Assembly (NCBI GenBank): GCA_019358935.1
Contig: JAHHIK010000149.1
Span: forward strand, 1 to 16,145
DNA from: Tolypothrix carrinoi HA7290-LM1
GTDB taxonomy: Bacteria > Cyanobacteriota > Cyanobacteriia > Cyanobacteriales > Nostocaceae
Direction of reading: 5' to 3'
Length of the DNA: 16,145 bases
In this document: piece after piece, positions 9,001 through 16,145 of the stretch
Numbering within the stretch: the first letter of the stretch is position 1
Layout: every line of letters begins with the position of its first letter
Notes under the pieces: generated by a model
Database searches by the model: none
Told to the model about the DNA's origin: nothing
What the model saw: only the letters and a program-made list of their open reading frames with translations
Translations under genes and position numbers: made by a program

Positions 9001-9655
9001 TAATAGCCGCATCTCTGCTCAAGCCAATGGCACCGCCACAGGTGGTAATATTACCATTAATGCTCAGAAAGGTTTTGTGATTGCGCCTTTTGGACAAGAT
9101 AGTGATATAATAGCTAGTGCTTCTGGTGGAAGAGGCGGTAATATTACAATCAACACCCAAGGGCTTTTTGGCTTTTTTGTTCGTCGAGCCATTCCCGGAA
9201 ACACAACTAACGATATTGATGCCAGTTCTGAATTTAACAATCCAGGTACGGTAGATATTAACACGCTGGATATAGATCCCCGCCGTGGTTTGCTGCAATT
9301 GCCTACAAGTGTAGTTGAAGTTTCCAGGCTGGTTGCCTCTAATTGTGGTGCAATAGCTGGTAAAAATGGTAGTAGCTTCACTTATACCGGACGTGGTGGT
9401 TTGCCGGATAGTCCTGATGATTTTCTGACAAGTGATGTAGTCTGGTCTGATCAAAGGCTAACCAATATCCGCAGTCAAGAGAATATCTCTACATCTACTT
9501 CAAAGCCAAAAAAACAAACAACATCGGGCATTGCGATCGTACCTGCCACTGGTTGGGTATTCAATAAAGAAGGCGAAGTTACCCTAATTTCCGATGCATC
9601 TGTTGTCACTGCCCAAAGTTTGAGTTCTAATGCTTCTAGCTGCTCAACACCGTGA
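6077..9655 (+). pseudogene. FHA-like TpsA-type exoprotein, copy 2; in-frame nonsense at codon 80 (would otherwise be 1192 aa)
   Basis: ORFs 6077-6316 and 6341-9655 share one frame. AAT TTT TAG AGT at 6308-6319 corresponds to AAT TTT CAG AGT in copy 3 and Gln in copy 1. Confidence 0.88.
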
Positions 9656-9792
9656 AGGCGATCGCTTTCTAATTGCCATCAATCAATAAAACGTAACCTA
9701 AAATTTTCGCAACCGCAAATATACTGTATTTATCTACTTGGTTTAGTAGTCCGCCAGTGGGATAATTATTGAAGTTGGAAAGGCTGTTAGTT

Positions 9793-12700
9793 ATGGTTCG
9801 CAACTGGAAACGATTGGGGCTAGGAGTACTTTTGGCTTTTGGTTACGCGATCGCAACCGCAACCAAATGTGCCGCTCAAAGCATTACCTTAGATGGCACT
9901 CTCGCTCCCGCGCGACCCTTAAGCGGACCCAACTACATAATTCGCCAAGCAGATGGTCTACCTGTAGGTAATAATTTATTTCAAAGTTTCGGACGCTTCA
10001 ACCTGAACGCAGGTGAGAGTGCGAATTTTCAGAGTGCAGCTAATGTCCGCAATATTTTGTCTCGTGTTACAGGTGGTTCTACTTCCTTCATTGATGGTCG
10101 GATTTTCACCCAAAGTCGCAACGTCAATCTTTTCTTCATCAATCCCAGTGGCATCATCTTTGGTCCAAATGCAAGCTTGAATGTGGGAAGTGCAACCAGA
10201 GGCTCTTTTATCGCTACAACTGCTAATGCTTTAGTTTGGGCAAATGGCAGCCAATTTAGTGCGACAAATCCGGGTGGAGCAACTAGCTTGTTAACCATTG
10301 TCGGCGATCCCAGCGGATTTTTATCAACCCTGAGAACACCACCACCAATAAATGTTTCTGGTAGTACGCTTGCCAATGGCAGTAGTTTTTTCAGCAATCC
10401 TTACAACGGTCAAAGCTTGCTGCTAGTAGGCGGTGACGTGAAAGTAGATAATGCAACATTAGAAGCTCCTGGTGGGCGAATTGAGTTGGGAGGATTGGCA
10501 GAACCAGGTACAATTGGGCTGACTACCAACGGTAATATTCTCAGCTTGAACTTCCCAGAAAATTTAGCACGAGCTTCGGTTTCGCTCACCAATGGTGCCC
10601 AGGTCAGTGTTGCCTCTGGTGGTGGCGGTAGTATTGCGATTAACGCTGATGATATAGATATTTTGGGAAGTACCCTGCGTGCAGGTATCAGACCCTTTGC
10701 AGGAACAACCGATCGCGCTCAAGCGGGAGATGTCAACCTCAACGCTACAGGAACATTGCGAATCGAAAATAGCTCTGTTTACAACGCTGCTTTTGATTCG
10801 GGAAATGCTGGCAACTTGCGCGTTGATACAGGAAAGAAGTTGATTATTACTGATGGCGTATTAGCGACTGCTACTCTTTCTGGTGGTCGTGCAGGGGATT
10901 TGATTGTGAACGCTTCTGAGAGTGTGGAACTAACTGGCAGTCCCACGTCGAATGGTACGGTTGCCATTAATATTCCCGTTCTTATTACGCGCATTATTTT
11001 CGGCATTCCTTTTAATTTTACTGTTGATTTTCCAGTTGATGTACCTATTGGCTTATTTTCGGCTTCAATAGATGCTCGGAATCTTCCTAATGTACCTCCT
11101 GAGTTCAATGCTTCCCTCCCAATAGGTGGTGGAGATGCCGGAAATTTGACCATTAAAACTGGACGGTTGACTGTCTCTAATGGAGCAGTGGTATCAGCAG
11201 GTACTACCACCACAGGGAGTGCAGGGAATTTGAGCGTCAACGCTAGAGACTTTATAGAATTAAGTGGCACCTCACTTAATGATGCTCCCCCAGGACTGTT
11301 TACTATCGGAGGTAGAGTTCCTAGCGGATTGCGGAATGAAACTACCGGTCGCGGACTAGGCGGCAACTTGACCATTGAAACTGGGCGGTTAATTGTCCGT
11401 GATGGGGCATGGGTGACAACGGGTACTGGTGGTCAGATGTCAGGAGGAGAATTGACTGTCAACGCTTGGGAGTCTGTAGACCTAAGTGGCACTTCACAAG
11501 CCAATAATCTTCCTAGCGTTTTGTCTAGTGGAACACAGGGAGCTGGAAACGCCAAACCTTTGACTATCAATACTCAACGGTTGAGCGTTCGTGATGGAGC
11601 AATCATCTCTGCGGGTACTTCTGGCGATGGACGGGGGGGAGACTTGACTATAAATGCCTCTGACTCTGTAGAACTGATTGGCACTTCAAGACTTGGGTTG
11701 TCCGCCGACCTATTAAACCAATTGATTGGAGTCGCGGGAACGAGAGTATTTGGCATCGTCGAGAATAGTCCGTATCCCAGCGGCATAATAACTGGAAGCG
11801 CAGGTAACGGAAATGCAGGCAGTTTAAGTATTAATACTCAACGTTTGTTAATCAAGGATGGGGCACAGGCATCGGTTTCTACAGTTGGTCCTGGAAATGC
11901 GGGTTCTTTAAATGTTGTCGCTGATTCTGTAGAATTGACTGGCACTTCACAACAAAGCCGGAATCCTAATGACGTAGTTGGTCGGAGTCTGTTGACTACT
12001 GCTGTCGGTGAAAACTCTACAGGAAGCGGTGGCGATATAACAGTGCAAACCGACTTGCTAACTATCTCCGACGGTGCCGCACTTACAGCTAGTACCAGCG
12101 GAGAGGGTAATGCAGGTAGAGTTACCATTGATGCCCGTGATGCAGTTTCTCTAGATGGGGTAGGAACGAATGGCTTCTCTAGTGGGGTGTTTACCAGCAC
12201 TGGAAGTGAAGCAAACGGTTCAGGAGGAGCGATCGCAGTGAAAACAGGAACATTTAGTCTGTCAAATGGAGCTGTTGTCAATGCTCAAACCTCAAATTCT
12301 CAAAAAGGGGGAGATGTAACTATTGAGGCAAACACTTTTGAAGCTAAAAACGGCGGACAGGTGATAACCACTACCCGTAGCAGTGGAAATGCAGGCGATA
12401 TCACTCTCAAAGTTGCTGAAGGTATTACTATCAGTGGTAGCGATCGCACTTTTGCTGACCGAATTGCCCAATTTGGTGACGACATTGTTACCAATCAAGG
12501 TGCTGATAGTGGATTGTTTGCTAACACTTCCCTTAACTCAACCGCTTTTGGAGGTAACTTAACAATTAACACTCCTTCGTTGCAAGTTCAAGATGGTGCA
12601 ACAATCTCAGTCAGCAGTCCTCAAGGACAAGCAGGTAATTTAGATATTACCGCAAACACTATTCGCCTCAATCAAGGAAGTTTGACTGCGGAAACCGCAA

Positions 12701-13437
12701 TTACTCGTAGTCAAGCGGGAGCAAACATCCGGCTACAAGATGTTTCTTTGTTATTAATGCAAAATAATAGCCGCATCTCTGCTCAAGCCAATGGCACCGC
12801 CACAGGTGGTAATATCACCATTGATGCTCAGAAAGGTTTTGTGATTGCCACTTCTGGACAAGATAGTGATATAATCGCCAGTGCTTCTCGTGGTCGGGGC
12901 GGTAATATTACAATCAACACCCAAGGGCTTTTTGGCTTTTTTGAAGGTCGAGCCATTCCCGGCAACGGTACTAACGATATTGATGCTAGTTCTGAATTTA
13001 ACAATCCAGGTACGGTAGATATTAACACGCTGGATATAGATCCCCAGCGTGGTTTGCTGCAATTGCCTACAAATGTAGTTGAAGTTTCCAGGCTGGTTGC
13101 TTCTAATTGTGGTGCGATCGCTGGCAAAGATGGTAGTAGTTTCACTTATACCGGACGTGGTGGTTTACCGGATAGCCCTGACGATCCCCTGACTAATGAT
13201 GTAGTCTGGTCGGATACACGCTTAACCAATATCCGCAGTCAAGAGAATATCTCTACATCTACATCAAAGCCAAAAAAACAAACAGCATCGGGCATTGCGA
13301 TCGTACCTGCCACTGGTTGGGTATTCAATAACTTGGGCGAAGTCACCTTAATTGCATCACAAAGCGAAACAACCAACTTTATCGATACGCCTACTACCTG
13401 CCAAAGCGAAACAGAACAAGGACTTACGCAAAACTGA
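9793..13437 (+). CDS. FHA-like TpsA-type exoprotein, copy 3 (1214 aa from ATG 9793)
   Basis: Same signal peptide, TPS domain and beta-helix motifs as the other copies. The start is placed at ATG 9793 because the context AGTTATGGTTC is shared by all three copies. Confidence 0.93.
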   Translation: MVRNWKRLGLGVLLAFGYAIATATKCAAQSITLDGTLAPARPLSGPNYIIRQADGLPVGNNLFQSFGRFNLNAGESANFQSAANVRNILSRVTGGSTSFIDGRIFTQSRNVNLFFINPSGIIFGPNASLNVGSATRGSFIATTANALVWANGSQFSATNPGGATSLLTIVGDPSGFLSTLRTPPPINVSGSTLANGSSFFSNPYNGQSLLLVGGDVKVDNATLEAPGGRIELGGLAEPGTIGLTTNGNILSLNFPENLARASVSLTNGAQVSVASGGGGSIAINADDIDILGSTLRAGIRPFAGTTDRAQAGDVNLNATGTLRIENSSVYNAAFDSGNAGNLRVDTGKKLIITDGVLATATLSGGRAGDLIVNASESVELTGSPTSNGTVAINIPVLITRIIFGIPFNFTVDFPVDVPIGLFSASIDARNLPNVPPEFNASLPIGGGDAGNLTIKTGRLTVSNGAVVSAGTTTTGSAGNLSVNARDFIELSGTSLNDAPPGLFTIGGRVPSGLRNETTGRGLGGNLTIETGRLIVRDGAWVTTGTGGQMSGGELTVNAWESVDLSGTSQANNLPSVLSSGTQGAGNAKPLTINTQRLSVRDGAIISAGTSGDGRGGDLTINASDSVELIGTSRLGLSADLLNQLIGVAGTRVFGIVENSPYPSGIITGSAGNGNAGSLSINTQRLLIKDGAQASVSTVGPGNAGSLNVVADSVELTGTSQQSRNPNDVVGRSLLTTAVGENSTGSGGDITVQTDLLTISDGAALTASTSGEGNAGRVTIDARDAVSLDGVGTNGFSSGVFTSTGSEANGSGGAIAVKTGTFSLSNGAVVNAQTSNSQKGGDVTIEANTFEAKNGGQVITTTRSSGNAGDITLKVAEGITISGSDRTFADRIAQFGDDIVTNQGADSGLFANTSLNSTAFGGNLTINTPSLQVQDGATISVSSPQGQAGNLDITANTIRLNQGSLTAETAITRSQAGANIRLQDVSLLLMQNNSRISAQANGTATGGNITIDAQKGFVIATSGQDSDIIASASRGRGGNITINTQGLFGFFEGRAIPGNGTNDIDASSEFNNPGTVDINTLDIDPQRGLLQLPTNVVEVSRLVASNCGAIAGKDGSSFTYTGRGGLPDSPDDPLTNDVVWSDTRLTNIRSQENISTSTSKPKKQTASGIAIVPATGWVFNNLGEVTLIASQSETTNFIDTPTTCQSETEQGLTQN

Positions 13438-13510
13438 AGTCTTGTAGGGACCCTTCATGAAGGGTCCCCTACGTAAATTCAATTGGTGACGACATGAGTG
13501 CGTAAGTCCT
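13419..13510. mobile_element. 92-bp MITE-like element with 12-bp terminal inverted repeats and an internal GTAG-type REP-like palindrome
   Basis: AGGACTTACGCA (13419-13430) and TGCGTAAGTCCT (13499-13510) form a perfect inverted repeat. Internal perfect 22-bp palindrome GGGACCCTTCATGAAGGGTCCC (13447-13468) is bracketed by GTA and CTAC. Confidence 0.75.
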
Positions 13511-13726
13511 ATGAACATTAGGAAATAATCTTAATAATCCCAAATTGGCTAGTCTAAACTCATAAACCATATAATACTTAACATTTCATAATGTAATTAT
13601 AGGAAATTTTCGACAATTTTCCTTTATAATTAATAACTGAATATATGCACAATTTCGCCAACTAAGTATGGAGAGGGCGGCTGTTAGTCCAATAACTAAT
13701 GGGGTTTTAGTCGCACCTTTATTTCT

Positions 13727-14476
13727 ATGAAATCCCTTTACAAACAAAGATTGTGGGCAAAACTATTATTTATAGTTTTCGGGTTGTCTTTCCTGATTCC
13801 TTTTACAAGCGCAGAAGCTCGAATAACATTTAAAGCACCAGAAGGTCTAAAAGCACCAGGCAGACGGGTAGCAGGTGGATCGCGAGCTCCGCAAGAGAAA
13901 ATTTGCTCTTCCGGGCAAAATCCTCTAACTGCTATAGTCCCCAACTCTAACATAGGGCGAACAACACAAGCAAATCCTACTTTCTTTTTCTACGTACCGC
14001 AAACTTCTGCAACATTAGAGCTTGTATTGCACGATCGAGATAAAGAATACAAGCAAACCTATAAATCAAGTGAAAAAGGTGGAATAGTCAGTTTTCCCTT
14101 TAATCAGGCTTCACTGGAAGTAGGTAAGGTGTATCGTTGGTCGTTCTCAATAGTTTGCAACCCTAAAGAACGCTCCAAAGACAAGTTTGTCGAAGGTGCG
14201 ATTATGCGCGTTAAAACAGAACCTCAACTAGCGAGCAAGCTAGCAACAGCAAGTCCTCAAGAGAGTGCCAATCTTTATGCAGAATTCGGCATTTGGCAAG
14301 ATAGCGTTGCTAGTTTAGCGCAGTCGCTTTCCTCCAATCCCAATAATGCGGAATTAAAAGCAGAGTGGCAAGCATTGCTAAGTTCAAAGAGCGTAGGTTT
14401 GGATAATTTGGTCAATGAACCGTTGCTCCCAGGTCAGTTAAAACCTGAAGTTATTACAACCAATCAAAGCAATTAA
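13727..14476 (+). CDS. DUF928 domain-containing exported protein, 249 aa
   Basis: Signal peptide (..TSAEA). DUF928-type motifs PGRRVAGGSR, LTAIVP, GRTTQANPTFFFYVP, LEVGKVYRWSFSIVC, YAEFGIWQD and W.ALL..SVGL. Confidence 0.88.
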   Translation: MKSLYKQRLWAKLLFIVFGLSFLIPFTSAEARITFKAPEGLKAPGRRVAGGSRAPQEKICSSGQNPLTAIVPNSNIGRTTQANPTFFFYVPQTSATLELVLHDRDKEYKQTYKSSEKGGIVSFPFNQASLEVGKVYRWSFSIVCNPKERSKDKFVEGAIMRVKTEPQLASKLATASPQESANLYAEFGIWQDSVASLAQSLSSNPNNAELKAEWQALLSSKSVGLDNLVNEPLLPGQLKPEVITTNQSN

Positions 14477-14553
14477 AAAGCAAGGATGTTTGTAAAGCCA
14501 CCTTGAACAAATATTCCGCACTGCATTCTCCTTCCATGTAATCATGGGAGGAG

Positions 14554-14989
14554 TTAAGTGCGGTCAAGATCCAAGGCATCTTTAGGTTTTTGTTGGTTCT
14601 GAATGTAATTCTTGAGAACCTCAAGTGGCGCTCCACCCGCGCTGATAACACAATACGCACCTGTCCAAAAAACAGGTTTCCAATAAAATCGATTAACATG
14701 CTCGGCGAATTCTTTTCTAATCATGCGACTGGAAATAGTTTTTAAGGTATTCACCAGTTTAGAGGGTGCTATGTCTGGAGAAAAGTCTATAAGTAGATGA
14801 ACGTGATCTGATTCTCCACCGAATTCAACCAACTCGCATTTTTGATTTTGACACAGGTGAGAAAATATCTCCCCCAGTCGCTCTAGCATGTGTGACGTTA
14901 TGACTTGTTTTCGATACTTAGTTCCGAACACTATATGTAAATTAATGCATGTAAACGCAGTGACGGTGTGAATGAAGGTTGGTTGACAT
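14554..14989 (-). pseudogene. tnpA: IS200-type Y1 (HUH) transposase TnpA with a +1 frameshift near codon 14
   Basis: ATG at 14989 reads MSTNLHSHRHCVY, then ATGC (4 nt, 14950-14947), then INLHIVFGTKYRK...DHVHLL (HUH)...FWTGAY...YIQNQ (catalytic Tyr). Total length 436 nt = 3n+1; in the start frame TAA appears at 14944-14942. Confidence 0.88.
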
Positions 14990-15018
14990 TAGCGCACACT
15001 ATGTTTGAGAGTAATTCT

Positions 15019-16021
15019 ATGAATATAACCCGTCGCGTAACATTCCGTTTGTATCCGTCACCATCTCAAGTCAAAATCTTGAGAGACTGGAGGCGTTTAC
15101 ATTGCTATTTATATAACGCGGCGGTAGCAAACAGAAAAACTCAGTACAAACACTTCAAAAAATCAGTTGATTACTACGAGCAGCAAAACTGCTTACCTGA
15201 ATTTAAAGAAGTATGGACTGAGTACAAACAATTGGGAAGCCATGCTCTACAAGCAACATTAAAACGTGTAGACATGGCTTTTGTGCGTTTCTTTAAGAAA
15301 GTTGGAGGCTACCCGAAATTTAAATCAATCGCTCGTTACTCTGGCTGGACTTATCCTTGCACAAGCGGATGGAAAGCGTTAAGTAACAAAAAGCACGGAC
15401 ATCTGGAACTATCTAACTTAGGCAAGATTCGGATGCGTGGCACTGCCCGTACCTGGGGAAGACCAACTACTTGTACAGTAGTTTATCGCTCTGGTGTTTG
15501 GTATGCATCGATTACAGTGCAGTGTAGCCCAATTAGAGAGACAGGCACAGGTGCAGTTGGCTTAGATTTTGGGTGCAATGCCGCCGTTGCGATGAGTGAT
15601 GGAACTTTAATACAAAATCCTCGCTACGAGGCAAAGTTAAAGCAACAAATTGTCAAAGCATCAAAATCTAAACGTCGCAAGCGCAGCCCGAATTTCAAGA
15701 AAAAGATAAAAGCTTCTAATCGATGGAGAAAAGCTAGTAGAAAAGTAGCATTATTGCAGCGCAAGGCTGGAAATCAACGACAAGATTGGGTTCATAAAAC
15801 TGCTGCACAAATCGTTAGCTGTAATCGCTTGGTGGCAACCGAGAAACTCAATTTAAAAAACATGACTCGCAAAGCAAAAAAGGATAGCAAGAGAAAAGCC
15901 CAAAAAACTGGACTTAATCGTTCTATCCTTGACGTAGGGATGGGTATGTTGCGGTCGGCAATAGAGTATAAACTTTCTGAGTGTGAAGGAATTTTTGTCG
16001 AAGTTCCTACAACCTCAGTTA
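15019..16021 (+). pseudogene. tnpB: TnpB RNA-guided endonuclease, interrupted before the Zn finger and RuvC-III
   Basis: MNITRRVTFRLYP HTH-type start, YPKFK, RuvC-I GLDFG, RuvC-II ATEKLN and LNRSILDVG are present. The TnpB-like sequence stops at VEVPTTSV and reads into foreign DNA (RGCLKSRGLL*, stop at 16053) with no CxxC motifs. Confidence 0.9.
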
Positions 16022-16145
16022 GAGGATGTTTGAAAAGTAGGGGTCTATTGTAAGAAAGCTCACAAGGCTTATGCTGAAATTTGTAGACATCAGCACCTTA
16101 TGAGCGAATGACTAAAGCATATCCTAATGATCTAACGTGGGAGCA
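16022..16145 (+). mobile_element. IS5 family (IS1031-like group) element, left end, inserted in tnpB; continues beyond the window
   Basis: GAGGATGTTTGAAAAGT terminal-repeat-like sequence follows TTA (16019-16021), matching the 3-bp TNA target typical of IS1031-group elements. A transposase start follows. Confidence 0.8.
16108..16145 (+). CDS. IS5-family transposase N-terminus (partial)
   Basis: MTKAYPNDLTWE(Q) matches the IS5/IS1031 N-terminal motif YP(S/N)DL(T/S)xxxW. Confidence 0.75.
   Translation, partial: MTKAYPNDLTWE

Larger units (their letters stand above)
14508..16021 (+). mobile_element. IS200/IS605 family element (divergent tnpA/tnpB, IS605-type layout), from the left end to the point of IS5 interruption
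   Basis: LE hairpin CTCCTTCCATG-TAAT-CATGGGAGGAG (14528-14553), extended by CCGCACT/AGTGCGG. Guide CATT at 14524-14527 and target TTGAA at 14503-14507. No HIP1 sites seen in this segment. Confidence 0.88.

Noticed and set aside
9769..9792. TTG-initiated 8-aa N-terminal extension of FHA copy 3
   Set aside because: The equivalent position in copy 2 has an in-frame TAA (6071-6073), and all copies share the ATG context.
2483..13145. Many minus-strand ORFs within the FHA genes, some repeated in each copy (e.g. 5294-5611, 9064-9381, 12828-13145, 7063-7803)
   Set aside because: These are antisense shadows of G/N/S/T-rich coding sequence. They recur only because the sense genes are duplicated and have no recognisable motifs.
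2247..13437. Diversity-generating retroelement or CRISPR explanation for the repeats
   Set aside because: There is no reverse transcriptase in the window, differences between copies are not adenine-specific, and there is no regular repeat-spacer array.
14482..14517. AAGGATGTTTGTAAAG resembling the IS5 IR at 16022, plus an imperfect hairpin with ACAAATATTCC
   Set aside because: The right arm falls inside the predicted IS605 left end (from 14508), so the hairpin straddles an insertion junction. A single 14/16 match is too weak to call an element.
14968..15018. Longer tnpB start (GTG 14968 or ATG 15001) and TTGACA at 14983-14988 as a -35 box
   Set aside because: The GTG start overlaps the true tnpA start, TnpB-like sequence begins at MNITRRVTFRLYP (15019), and no -10 box lies at 16-18 nt spacing.

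Overview
Cyanobacterial DNA, probably Nostocales: I count at least 14 HIP1 GCGATCGC octamers, plus STRR-like heptamers and SDR5-like repeats. From left to right it holds: (1) the tnpB 3' tail and right end of an IS200/IS605 element (1-124); (2) a minus-strand SGNH/GDSL hydrolase gene with a 90-bp internal duplication; (3) a 1-kb divergent intergenic region rich in small repeats; (4) a tandem array of three ~1200-aa filamentous-hemagglutinin-like (TpsA-type) exoprotein genes; (5) a 92-bp MITE-like element overlapping the stop codon of the third copy; (6) a DUF928 gene; (7) a second IS200/IS605 element with a frameshifted tnpA and a tnpB interrupted by an IS5-family (IS1031-like) element that runs off the window. 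The middle FHA copy has a single CAG>TAG nonsense change and looks like a copy3/copy1 recombinant. The most notable signals are the A-(B/A)-B mosaic architecture of the FHA array, with localized variable loops and a promoter motif shared by all copies; a 64-bp nested mini-hairpin insertion at a HIP1 site whose empty paralogous site is in the same window; and IS605 end-pairing rules that predict a TTGAA TAM for this TnpB. No database searches or computed alignments were run; all comparisons are by eye.
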